NCBI GenBank assembly: GCA_963772725.1
Contig: CAVYYI010000005.1
Span: 224,001-288,000, forward strand
Direction: 5' to 3'
DNA length: 64,000 nucleotides
Source of the DNA: an uncultured Phycisphaerales bacterium
GTDB taxonomy: Bacteria > Planctomycetota > Phycisphaerae > Sedimentisphaerales > Anaerobacaceae
The first letter of the stretch is position 1. Each line of letters opens with the position of its first letter. Shown piece after piece: positions 30,152-42,656 of this stretch. A model generated the notes under the pieces. That model did not search any database. It was not told where the DNA came from and saw only the letters and a list, made by a program, of their open reading frames with translations. A program made the position numbers and the translations under genes.

Positions 30152-32119
30152 TTAATTACGACTTTTGGTGTAATTCAACAGGCCGGCACAGAGGAGGATT
30201 TCTCTGTCTCTCTGGGAAATATTCAGTTTGCCTGTAAACTCGAATGAGCCAGTCTGGTCTTTAATCTGAACCTTATCGCTGTTCTTTATGGCGTCGGTCA
30301 GGTTCTCTATCTGCAGCGAGTCGCCCTGCTTGATTTTGTCGTACACGGTTGGGTCAGCCAATTCTACCGGGACAATGCAGAAGTTGATGAGATTGGCTTT
30401 GTGGATACGTTCGATGGTTTTGGCGATAACCACCCGCACGCCGAGATACATCGGACATAGGGCGGCGTGTTCGCGAGATGAACCTTGGCCGTAACTTTCG
30501 CCTGCGACGATAATGCCGGCCTGACCTCTTTTCTTTAATTCGAGGGCGCGGTCGGCGAATGTGGGTTTGCCTTCTTCGTTAAAGCAATTGAAAACCACTT
30601 TGGCGTACAGGGGAACATTGGAGCGCAGCTTGAGGAAAGTTCCCGCGGGCATAATGTGGTCGGTGGTAATCTTGTCGCCGCACTTGAGCAGGATCTGGCC
30701 TGTTATATCTTTGGGCAGGGATTTGGGCGATTCGGGTACGACTATTGTCGGGCCGCGAAGTATCTCGACTTTAGCGGCTTCATCTGAGCTGAGAGGCTTT
30801 TCAATCATGCTGTCGTCGATGATGAATTCCGCGGGCATCTTTATTTTGGGATATTTTATCGCGAACAGGTTATCCAGTTCGCGGGGGTCTGTAATTTTTC
30901 CGGTAAGAGCCGAAGCGACAGCGGTTTCGGGGCTGACGAGATATGCCTGGTCACCTTTTGTTCCGGTTCTGCCGGCGAAATTCCTGTTGAAGGTTCTCAG
31001 ACTGACGATGCCGTCGGCGGGTGAAAAGCCCTGGCCGATACATGGGCCGCAGCCTGATTCAAGGATTCTGGCGCCGGCGGAAATCATATCGGAAAGTGCG
31101 CCGTTTTGCGCGAGCATATTAAGGACTTCCCTGCTGCCGGGAGCAACGGCAAATTCAACCATATTGTTAATTGTTCTGCTTTTTAATACTTTGGCGACCA
31201 TCATCAAATCAGTAAAGCTCGAATTGGTGCAGCTTCCCACGGCAATCTGGCCGACAGGCATCCCGCTTATTTGCACTACGGTTTTAATATTATCCGGCGA
31301 CGAGGGACACGCCGCCAGCGGCTCAAGCTCGGAGAGGTTTATCTCTATTGTCCGCTCGTACACAGCATCAGCATCGGCAGATAAAGGTGTAAAATCCTTT
31401 TCTCTTTTCTGTGCGGCGAGAAATTTTCTTGTCTGTTCATCGCTTGGAAATACGCTGGTTGTAACGCCCAGTTCAGCGCCCATATTTGTTATAGTGGCCC
31501 GCTGAGGCACAGTCAGGTTTGCGACACCTTTGCCGAAATATTCAACAACCCAGCCGACATTGCCTTTTGTGGTAAGGATGCTTAGCAGTTTTAATATCAC
31601 GTCTTTGGCGGCGACCCAGTCTTTCAGTTTTCCGGTAAGTTTAATACCAAGCACTTTTGGGCAGGATAGATAAAAAGGCCCACCGCCCATCGCGACAGCG
31701 ACATCCATACCGCCTGCGCCGATGGCCAGCATTCCAATACCACCACCGGTCGGAGTGTGCGAATCGCTGCCCAGCAGTGTCGCACCAGGTTTGCCGAAGC
31801 GTTCGAGATGCACCTGGTGACAAATGCCATTACCAGCGCGTGAGTGATATACGCCTGATTTGGCCGCGACGGTCTGGAGATAGAGGTGGTCGTTGTGATT
31901 TTCCGAACCGAACTGGCTCATATTATGGTCGATGTAGCTGACAGACAAATCGGTTTTGACCCTGCCTGCGCCCATGGATTCAAAAAGTAAAAAGGCCGTT
32001 GTGCCGGTAGCGTCCTGCGTGAGGGTCTGGTCGATGCGAATGCCTATTTGGCCGAGCGGTGTGAGCGTGCCGTCTGCCAGATGGGCGGATAAAATTTTAT
32101 GCGTCAATGTCTGTCCCAT
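30152..32119 (-). CDS. Aconitate hydratase (short type)
   Basis: 'QTLTQDATGT', 'DHN', 'GICHQVH', 'GSDSHT', 'GSCTNSS', 'GCGPCIG', 'FNRNF.GR', 'TTDHI', 'YGQGSSREHAA'. Confidence 0.93.
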   Translation of the reverse strand: MGQTLTHKILSAHLADGTLTPLGQIGIRIDQTLTQDATGTTAFLLFESMGAGRVKTDLSVSYIDHNMSQFGSENHNDHLYLQTVAAKSGVYHSRAGNGICHQVHLERFGKPGATLLGSDSHTPTGGGIGMLAIGAGGMDVAVAMGGGPFYLSCPKVLGIKLTGKLKDWVAAKDVILKLLSILTTKGNVGWVVEYFGKGVANLTVPQRATITNMGAELGVTTSVFPSDEQTRKFLAAQKREKDFTPLSADADAVYERTIEINLSELEPLAACPSSPDNIKTVVQISGMPVGQIAVGSCTNSSFTDLMMVAKVLKSRTINNMVEFAVAPGSREVLNMLAQNGALSDMISAGARILESGCGPCIGQGFSPADGIVSLRTFNRNFAGRTGTKGDQAYLVSPETAVASALTGKITDPRELDNLFAIKYPKIKMPAEFIIDDSMIEKPLSSDEAAKVEILRGPTIVVPESPKSLPKDITGQILLKCGDKITTDHIMPAGTFLKLRSNVPLYAKVVFNCFNEEGKPTFADRALELKKRGQAGIIVAGESYGQGSSREHAALCPMYLGVRVVIAKTIERIHKANLINFCIVPVELADPTVYDKIKQGDSLQIENLTDAIKNSDKVQIKDQTGSFEFTGKLNISQRDREILLCAGLLNYTKSRN

Positions 32120-32213
32120 TTTTCTTCTCCATATATAAATCGCTATAATCTAACACAAACTCAGCGGAAAAGCAATTGCGCAGGAATGTCGAAAAGTAAC
32201 AGTTTGTTCAAAT

Positions 32214-32245
32214 AAAAAAGGCCCCGGATAATATCCGAGGCCTTT
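32214..32245 (-). terminator. Intrinsic terminator of the prepilin-type gene
   Basis: Minus strand AAAGGCCTCGGAT-ATT-ATCCGGGGCC followed by a T6 run. Confidence 0.75.
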
Positions 32246-32286
32246 GACTTTCAAACAAAAACCCTAAAATGATTTGGGATTGTTTA

Positions 32287-33309
<1,023 letters not shown>

Positions 33310-33783
33310 TTTTGTTTCTCCTTTAACTTTTTCGAGATTCGCGGACCCGGCCGTTTCGGGTTCCGATTTCCTTTTTTCCAAAACCAGATAAGTCCTTTTT
33401 CACCTCATCCTTTTTTCGTCGCGAATCTCAGTTTTTATATTTCTAACCCGGAAATCGACCGGTTTTAACGCTTTGAAATTGATGTTTTGCCAAAATAACA
33501 CTGCTTTTACGCTTTTTCGTACATTTTTACCGCTGACTTAACAGCTAAAAAACCCATAGAAGCACTTGTTTTTGGCAGGGGGTTTAAGATATGATACAAC
33601 AACCAAAAATTATGACGATACTAAAATTATAAAGGGACTTTTTTAAACCCGTCTACCTTTCTGTAGAAATATTAACACAGAATTAATATCTTGTCAAATA
33701 AATTTCGTCAATTTTTATAAATTTCTTGAATTTTTTTTCCCCCTGCCCTAATATTCGTTCTCTTTATTAGTTAAAGGAGCAAT

Positions 33784-35211
33784 TTGATGTTTGAAGGCAG
33801 CGTTGAAAGTATGAAAAGAGAACTCGAAAAACATAATCAGGGGCATATTCTGGCCTTTTGGGATGAGCTAAGCGCCGACCAGAAAGAGGCCTTGGCGACT
33901 CAAATTGGGGAACTGGATTTGAAGAAAATTGACGAATGGGTCGTTAATTATGTCAAAAACACTGTTTCGCACCCGCTTCCGCACAATTTTGAGCCTGCTC
34001 CATATTATAGTATCACGCCGAAAAACGCCCAAGAGGCGGAAAAGCACAAAAAGGCTGTTAAATTGGGCACGGAACTGCTGGCCGGCGGCAAGGTCGCGGG
34101 TTTTGTTGTAGCCGGCGGACAGGGAACAAGGCTCGGATTCGATGGGCCAAAGGGGAATTTTCCGGCAAGCCCCATAAAAAAGAAAACTTTATTCGCGATT
34201 TTTGGTGAGACTATCGCGGCCGTTTCAAAGAAATACGGGGCAGCCTGTCCGTGGTATATTATGACAAGTCCTCTTAATGACGCTGAGACGCGGCGAATTT
34301 TCCACTCTAATAATTATTACGGGCTGGACGAGAAAAACGTCTTTATATTTCAGCAGGGTACACTGCCCAATTTCGGCTTTGACGGCAGGATTTTGATGGC
34401 GGATAAGGCCAATATCGCCTGTTCGCCGGATGGTCATGGCGGCAGCCTGCGGGCGCTTTACAGAAGCGGGGCGGTCGAGGATATGAAAAAACGAGGTGTC
34501 GAGTTTATCAGTTATTGGCAGGTCGATAACCCCCTTATCAATATCTTTGACCCGCTTTTTATCGGCCTTCACGCCCTCGATAAGGCCCAGATGTCCTCAA
34601 AAGGCCTGACCAAAACCAGCCCGAAAGAAAAGGTGGGCAATTTCTGCTTAGTTGACGGCAAGATAACAATAATCGAATACAGCGACCTGCCCAATGAGAT
34701 GGCCGAACGCAAAAATCCCGACGGTTCGCTGGCGTTTGAACTTGGCAGTATAGGAATTCACATCATAAGCAGAAACTTCGTTGAGAAGCTGAACGCAAAG
34801 GGTTTTTCTCTGCCGCTGCATAAGGCCATTAAAAAAATCCAGCATATCGACCCCCAGGGAAACCTGGTAGAGCCGAAAGAGCCGAACGGTATAAAACTCG
34901 AGAGTTTTGTGTTTGACGCCGTACCGATGGCGTCAAAGTCGATTATACTTCAGACGCTGCGAAATGAGGAATTCGGCCCCATCAAAAACGCCACCGGCAC
35001 CGACAGCGCCGAAACATCAAGGCAGATGCAGATTGAACGCTCGGCACGCTGGCTTGAGGCCGCCGGTGTGAAAGTGCCGCGAAAGGCGGATGGCTCAGCG
35101 GATTGCGTAATTGAAATAGCCCCGAGTTTCGCTGTAGAAAAAGACGAATTGAAACAGAAAGTTAAGCAGATACCTGAAATAAAGCCCGGCGATAGCGTTT
35201 ACCTCAAATAA
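33784..35211 (+). CDS. UDPGP type 1 / UDP-N-acetylhexosamine pyrophosphorylase
   Basis: 'AGGQGTRLGFDGPKG', 'YIMTS', 'SPDGHGG', 'QVDNPL', 'EYSDL', 'KLESFVFD', 'EEF.PIKN'. Confidence 0.9.
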   Translation: MMFEGSVESMKRELEKHNQGHILAFWDELSADQKEALATQIGELDLKKIDEWVVNYVKNTVSHPLPHNFEPAPYYSITPKNAQEAEKHKKAVKLGTELLAGGKVAGFVVAGGQGTRLGFDGPKGNFPASPIKKKTLFAIFGETIAAVSKKYGAACPWYIMTSPLNDAETRRIFHSNNYYGLDEKNVFIFQQGTLPNFGFDGRILMADKANIACSPDGHGGSLRALYRSGAVEDMKKRGVEFISYWQVDNPLINIFDPLFIGLHALDKAQMSSKGLTKTSPKEKVGNFCLVDGKITIIEYSDLPNEMAERKNPDGSLAFELGSIGIHIISRNFVEKLNAKGFSLPLHKAIKKIQHIDPQGNLVEPKEPNGIKLESFVFDAVPMASKSIILQTLRNEEFGPIKNATGTDSAETSRQMQIERSARWLEAAGVKVPRKADGSADCVIEIAPSFAVEKDELKQKVKQIPEIKPGDSVYLK

Positions 35212-35251
35212 GCTTAGGAACATTTTTAATCTTTGAAAAAGGATTAACCTG

Positions 35252-37281
<2,030 letters not shown>

Positions 37282-37339
37282 ATCATTAACTTTGCTGAAA
37301 AAGTGTTTTTTTTGTGCCAGATATTGAGGCAATAAAAAT

Positions 37340-38971
37340 CTATCGGATTTTCAACACAATAGCATGGTCACAGGGTTTCTTTCCCGGCATTTTCACTTTT
37401 AAACCTTCGTTATCGCGGTTAAATTCAATCGGACCGTCATAGCCAAGCATCTGCACCGATTGAATCTTGGCGGGCAGTTTACTTTCAGCTAACGACCTGA
37501 TTGTCACCGTGGTAAAGTTGCCGGGCCAACCGAGCAGAATAGCATAGAGTGTATCGCCTTTAGTTGTAAACCGGATGTCCTCTGCGGTGTAGGACTTCTT
37601 TTGTTCGGCAGATTTGTTGTCTTTTATCTGTGTTGAACCTTCGCCGCAGACCGCAAAAGGACGTGTACCAAAGATGGCTTCTTTGTTAATTTGCATCCAG
37701 TCCCCAATAGCTGTTACAATTGCAATTTCATCTTCGTCGATAGTTCCATCGGCACGAACCGGAATACTCAGCAATAAATTGCCATTCTTGCTGACGATGT
37801 CCACAAGTTCTTTAATAATGGTGTCAGCAGAGGTATACTGATGATTTTCAAAAATACTTCGGTCATAATGCCAATGCCCGATACAAGTGTCGGTCTGCCA
37901 TGGATTAGGAAGAAGCATATCGCTGCGCTTGCGTTCGATATCTAAGACTACCGCTTTTCTCCGGTCGTCCTCTACACCTTTGGTGGTGAGTACCACGTCA
38001 ACCTTGCCGTTATTCCGCTTCACGCTGTCATTATAGAAATGGGCCGCAACCTTTAGACCGGCATCCTCCAATGGTAGGCCGATATTGTCAAAATAGAGCA
38101 GGTCGGGATGATACTTATTGATAAGGTCCACAGTCCGATTGTACCATTTGTCAACGTAAGCACGGTCATTGGGAGGTGAAGTGTTTTTCCATTTGGTCGC
38201 GGCATCCAGCCATTTTTTGTATTCCGCGGGGTCAGTGATACTCCTTGGGTCCACGGTGTGCAGACCGGTATAAAGGTCCTGCGGGTCATAGCCTTCCCAC
38301 CACTTACCCTTGCCGTCAGCCTTGGTCATCCAGCCATCATAAGGAATACCGGCTTTCGGACCCGTAACATCGTGGCCATAGGCTACATCCAGCCACCACC
38401 ATGCATGGGAGGAATGATTGGAAACCCCGAACCGCAGACCCGCCGTCCGGGCAGCCTTGGCCCACATACCGACAATGTCTTTTTTAGGACCGATGTTCAC
38501 TGAATTCCACGGTTGATACTTCGAGTCATAGCAATCGAAGTTATCGTGATGATTTGCCAAGGCTACAAAATACTGAGCTCCGGCTCGTTTATACAGTGCG
38601 ATTAATTTTTCAGGGTCGAACTTCTCAGCCTTCCAAGAGTTACATAAATCCTTATAGCCAAACTCAGAGGGATGGCCATAATGTGCGAGATGGTATTTAT
38701 ATTGTTCAGAGCCTTCCCGATACATGCGTTGGGCATACCAGTCTCCGGCTTCAGCCGCTCCTTGCGGCTCGCAATTCGCCCAAAGGCCGAATTTTGCGTC
38801 TCGAAACCAATCAGGACACTGATATTGCTTAAGGGATTCCCAGTCAGGTTTGAATGGCCCATCAGCGATTGGTTCCAGGGATGTGGAAGGTTCAATTGCA
38901 TAAACCGTAAGAATTAGGAATATGCTCAGCAGTATAGCGATTATCATTTGATTGATTATTTTCTTTTTCAT
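37340..38971 (-). CDS. GH29 alpha-L-fucosidase
   Basis: '[10 protein letters not shown]', 'ANHHDNFD', 'PDLLYFD', '[11 protein letters not shown]', '[11 protein letters not shown]', 'EAIFGTRP', 'DIRFTTKG'. Confidence 0.92.
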   Translation of the reverse strand: MKKKIINQMIIAILLSIFLILTVYAIEPSTSLEPIADGPFKPDWESLKQYQCPDWFRDAKFGLWANCEPQGAAEAGDWYAQRMYREGSEQYKYHLAHYGHPSEFGYKDLCNSWKAEKFDPEKLIALYKRAGAQYFVALANHHDNFDCYDSKYQPWNSVNIGPKKDIVGMWAKAARTAGLRFGVSNHSSHAWWWLDVAYGHDVTGPKAGIPYDGWMTKADGKGKWWEGYDPQDLYTGLHTVDPRSITDPAEYKKWLDAATKWKNTSPPNDRAYVDKWYNRTVDLINKYHPDLLYFDNIGLPLEDAGLKVAAHFYNDSVKRNNGKVDVVLTTKGVEDDRRKAVVLDIERKRSDMLLPNPWQTDTCIGHWHYDRSIFENHQYTSADTIIKELVDIVSKNGNLLLSIPVRADGTIDEDEIAIVTAIGDWMQINKEAIFGTRPFAVCGEGSTQIKDNKSAEQKKSYTAEDIRFTTKGDTLYAILLGWPGNFTTVTIRSLAESKLPAKIQSVQMLGYDGPIEFNRDNEGLKVKMPGKKPCDHAIVLKIR

Positions 38972-39018
38972 ATTTATTCCATCCTGAAATTTCTGTTCTA
39001 TAGGAATTTACCTATATA

Positions 39019-40902
39019 CTAAGGCTCAATTCTTTCCTGTTTAATGAGATTTAAAAGTTTTTCCAGATGCTTTTCATAAACACCTCTCGGGGTAGTATCA
39101 TATTTTTTACAAAGATACGCTGCACGACCTACAACTTCTCCCATCATTCCGCAGGTTTTCATAAGTCTCATAGGGCCGGTTCCTACATGAGTAACGCTTA
39201 TATCCCGTCCTGCCATAAAAAGGTTCGCTATGTTTCTCGAATAAAAACATCTGTAGGGTATGGGATATGGCTTAACTTTTTGCCAAAAATATACGTTTTT
39301 TTTAGTTTCTTCTGCCGGGCCATAAAATCTCCAAAAACATTTAACCATAAATTCTTTTCCGGGGAAGTATTTGGAATTATTGTTATCGGGATAGTGAAGC
39401 TCTATCGGCCAGGTGGTAGGCACGCAACCGTCCGGATATATTTTCTCATTCATGTAATCCTGTTCTTTAAGGATGATGTCTCCCAAAAGCCGCCTGCTTT
39501 CCTGTTTTCCAAGAACATATCCAACCCACGAGAGTTCCCGTTTCTCATATTTGGCCTTATCTCTGCTTTCGTTTACGAGAAATGACCAGTTGCCGTAAAT
39601 TGCTCTGAAAAAGTGGTCGCGGATTTCTTCCGCCTGGTCGATTTGATTATAGACCCATCCGCCGACTTCCCATGTCCATTCCCCTCGTATAGTTTTCTGG
39701 CAGCTCTGTTCGTTGAAGTCAAGAGCCCATGGGCATTTTGGAAAACTGACAGGTTCCTTTGTTTCGTCACTTCTCCATAGTATTGTGCAGCCCATAACAT
39801 TTCCGTCCGCTACTTCCGGCATCAATGATTCTTCGCCTGTCTCGGATTTGGATTCCCTTCCCATTCGATAATCTGCCCCGGCCAAATAACCTATTGTGCC
39901 GTCTCCTGTACAATCTGCGAACAAACTTGCGGGAAAACGAAGTTCTGTACTATTTTCGGTATGTTTTGCTATCACGGCGGTTATTTTATTACCATTTTTC
40001 TCTACCTTAAAAGCATGCATATTCAGAAACAATTTCAGATTCTTCTCTGCTTTGGCTACCCAGAGCTTGCGAAGGTCCCCGTATGCCTCTGGGATATCCG
40101 CATTGGTCGGAATTTTAGAAGGCGGCAAATCGGGAGGCTGAGAATCAAGCTCCATTACAACTCTGCCTAATTCTGGAAACGGCTCTTGAAACACTCCTCC
40201 AATTAAATGAACACGCACCTCTGAACTGTTATTTCCGCCTAAAACGGGCCTGTTCTGGATAAGAGCTGTTTTAAGTCCTAACCGTGAAGCGGTTATTGCC
40301 GTACATTCGCCGGCTAATCCGCCTCCAACAACCACTAAATCAAATTGCCCCGCGTCAGGCGGTATTTGCGGAAGCCCCAATGCCTCTTTTCTGAATTCTG
40401 ATAATTTGGAAATATCGCTTGGAGGATTGAAGTTTTTATCCCTGCTGAAAATAATCGCATCGAGTCTGCCATCAAAGCCTGTCATATCTTTTACAGAGAG
40501 TAAGACCGCATTGCTGCCAATATTCACTTCGCCGCCATAACTCCAGTGCCATTTCCCGTTGCCGTCTCCTCCAAAAACTTTGGTGACCGGTTCACCGTCT
40601 ATAAACAGCATAAATTTACCCGGTCCATTGGAATATGGGGCCCAGTCTTTGGTACGAACCCAAAGATGATATTTTCCCGTCTCCGGAAACTTTACCTGTG
40701 TTTCAGCATCCTGGACAGGCCTGCCGAGTCCGTGAGCTAAAAGATAAGGAGAGCCCATCTGGTCAATAAACTGCCCATCAGCTTTCCAGCCGCCTTTGTT
40801 ATTAAAACCTTCCGCTTCAACAAATATCACATTTTCGGAACCCAAAGATACCTGCATTTGGATTATAAACACGAACGATAAATATTTACATAATTTAGTC
40901 AT
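39019..40902 (-). CDS. Exported FAD-dependent oxidoreductase (FAD_oxidored family)
   Basis: 'DLVVVGGGLAG', 'LGGNNSSEVRV', 'DCTGDG', 'ESRRLLGD', 'IPYRC.YSRN..NLFMAGR.ISVTH'; AAGGAGG RBS at the revised start. Confidence 0.85.
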   Translation of the reverse strand: MTKLCKYLSFVFIIQMQVSLGSENVIFVEAEGFNNKGGWKADGQFIDQMGSPYLLAHGLGRPVQDAETQVKFPETGKYHLWVRTKDWAPYSNGPGKFMLFIDGEPVTKVFGGDGNGKWHWSYGGEVNIGSNAVLLSVKDMTGFDGRLDAIIFSRDKNFNPPSDISKLSEFRKEALGLPQIPPDAGQFDLVVVGGGLAGECTAITASRLGLKTALIQNRPVLGGNNSSEVRVHLIGGVFQEPFPELGRVVMELDSQPPDLPPSKIPTNADIPEAYGDLRKLWVAKAEKNLKLFLNMHAFKVEKNGNKITAVIAKHTENSTELRFPASLFADCTGDGTIGYLAGADYRMGRESKSETGEESLMPEVADGNVMGCTILWRSDETKEPVSFPKCPWALDFNEQSCQKTIRGEWTWEVGGWVYNQIDQAEEIRDHFFRAIYGNWSFLVNESRDKAKYEKRELSWVGYVLGKQESRRLLGDIILKEQDYMNEKIYPDGCVPTTWPIELHYPDNNNSKYFPGKEFMVKCFWRFYGPAEETKKNVYFWQKVKPYPIPYRCFYSRNIANLFMAGRDISVTHVGTGPMRLMKTCGMMGEVVGRAAYLCKKYDTTPRGVYEKHLEKLLNLIKQERIEP

Positions 40903-40987
40903 ACATAGCCTCCTTTTTTCCTGCAAAAAATAGCGTATAGAAATCATTATTTTATATTTGCCCGTATATAAGTTATTTTCATGATTA

Positions 40988-41032
40988 AAAAAATGGCTAA
41001 GATTGACTAATCCATGCCAATTTTTGACTTTT
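40988..41032 (-). promoter_or_regulatory. Putative AraC operator/promoter (AGTCAA-N15-AGTCAA) for the oxidoreductase/GH29 genes
   Basis: TTGACT at 41003 and 41024 (21-bp spacing); 39/45 inverted match to 41936-41980. Confidence 0.6.
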
Positions 41033-41050
41033 TTAAAAGTCCTGCTCACT

Positions 41051-41923
41051 TCAATGATTTGTACGCAAATTTTTGAATAATTGCGGTGAAATACCGAAGA
41101 TTTTTTTGAACGTACGAGAAAAATGATACTGGTCATCAAAACCAAGTTCAAAAGCTATTTCTTTTATAAGAATACCCGGCTGTTGAAGACGTTCAGCGGC
41201 AGCGGCCATTTTTAAGTACATCAAATATTTATAGGGGCTTTGCGTATCAAACCGTTTAAATAATCTGCATAAATAAGTTTCATCAATCCTGCAGTAATCT
41301 GCAATACTTTTTAATGAATTTAATTCAATAAATTTATCCTGAATACTTTGTCGGCAACTTTGATAAGTCGTAAATGACCCAAGCAATTTCGCTTCTGTCG
41401 TAACTTTTGTTTCAGCGATTCTATAAAATAAATACTGGAACAGTATCGAGCAAACCATGGATTTGTATCGGCTTCCTGAAAGGCCATGGTTAATTATATC
41501 ATCAAGGATTCTGGCAATTTCATCCGGCCTGCTTACAAGAACTACCGTTCCTGGAGTTGAGACATATTTCTTAAGTACGTGTTTGGCGGAATTCCCTATG
41601 AAATCGATGAAATATTTTGTCATTACGTGTCTTGGATCGGTTGTGATTATCTGGCTAATGTGCGGCCCATACGAAAAAACAGTTCCGGGAGTCAGAGTAA
41701 ATGAATGACCGGCTAAAATCGTGGTACCTTCTCCCTTTGCTACAAATTCTATTGAATAATATGGGAAATCTTTTCTGTCTATCCTGAAATCAGAGCTTGT
41801 CTGTTCGCAACCGCCGCAGATAATTTTGACTTCTGAACTTTTGCGAAAAGCCCCCTCAACATAAAATCGTCTGGCCTGAACCACCTGTTTGGAAAAAAAA
41901 TCAGGTTCTTTTGTTAGTTTCAT
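41051..41923 (-). CDS. AraC family transcriptional regulator
   Basis: C-terminal 'YLCRLFKR...SPY.YL...IKEIAFELGFDDQYHFSRTFKKIFGISP'. Confidence 0.92.
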   Translation of the reverse strand: MKLTKEPDFFSKQVVQARRFYVEGAFRKSSEVKIICGGCEQTSSDFRIDRKDFPYYSIEFVAKGEGTTILAGHSFTLTPGTVFSYGPHISQIITTDPRHVMTKYFIDFIGNSAKHVLKKYVSTPGTVVLVSRPDEIARILDDIINHGLSGSRYKSMVCSILFQYLFYRIAETKVTTEAKLLGSFTTYQSCRQSIQDKFIELNSLKSIADYCRIDETYLCRLFKRFDTQSPYKYLMYLKMAAAAERLQQPGILIKEIAFELGFDDQYHFSRTFKKIFGISPQLFKNLRTNH

Positions 41924-41935
41924 TAGGGCACTCCC

Positions 41936-41980
41936 AAAAGTCAATAAATGACATGCCTTAGTCAATATTAGCCATTTTTT
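41936..41980 (+). promoter_or_regulatory. Putative AraC operator/promoter, second copy
   Basis: AGTCAA at 41939 and 41960, followed by TATACT/TATAAT-like hexamers. Confidence 0.6.
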
Positions 41981-42091
41981 AGCATTATACTTAAATTATA
42001 ATACATTAGTCAATAAGATATAAAATCAATTTTTCAGGCTGGCTCAAAAACGTATTACTGAATATGTATGTAATTTAAAAGGCGGATAAAA

Positions 42092-42586
42092 TGCAATTCA
42101 TGGAACGGCAATTTTCTCGCCGATATAGGCCCCGCGCCTGAGGGGACAATGCCAGATGAATTCTACAAACTCTGCGATAAACTTGCGAAATGGAACGCGC
42201 AGAATGGCATCTCGCTTAAAAACGTAAAAGGCGGCCCATGGCCGGAAAAGTCGAATACGCCTGTAACGATAAAGAGCGATACGTGGTATCTTTTTGGATT
42301 GCAGACGGAAAAGAGCAAGGTACAAAACAGTGTCAAGGTATCTGCTTCGGCGGGCAAGGGCGGCATATAGAATCCTGAGGATGTTACTAAAAATTATGAA
42401 GAGGAAGTGGTCGATTACCCTGTCGAAAAAGTTTTTGAGCTTAAGGATGTAAAAAAACCTGCAGAGGTAAAACTTCTGCGAACCGGCGAAAAACTTGATT
42501 ACACTTTTGAAAACGGCAATCTCAAAATAGTCCTGCCGGTTGAAAAAGCGACAACTCTCGTTGATGTCGTTGCTGTTACGTGGTAA
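42092..42586 (+). pseudogene. 3' fragment of a GH29-like fucosidase
   Basis: 'WNGNFLADIGPAPEGTMP...LAKW...GPWPEKSNTPVT', an in-frame TAG at 42368-42370, then 'KPAEVKLLRTGEKLDY...LVDVVAVTW'. No N-terminal catalytic part or start codon. Confidence 0.6.
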
Positions 42587-42656
42587 TTTTTTTATTCCGG
42601 CTCCTGGATTCTGTTAAAATATTGCAGAATATCTGAGAAAAGATACAATTACGCTA

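Noticed and set aside
30561..31505. 314-aa plus-strand ORF and similar long antisense ORFs elsewhere
   Set aside because: Antisense shadows of well-supported genes (here aconitase), with no recognisable motifs.
40903..41151. Long N-terminal extension of the FAD oxidoreductase overlapping araC
   Set aside because: A good RBS and signal peptide occur at 40902; the extension covers the operator region.
42368..42370. In-frame TAG in the GH29-like fragment as possible pyrrolysine/readthrough
   Set aside because: The gene lacks its 5' part and start codon, and no pyl genes are in the window; a nonsense mutation in a pseudogene is simpler.
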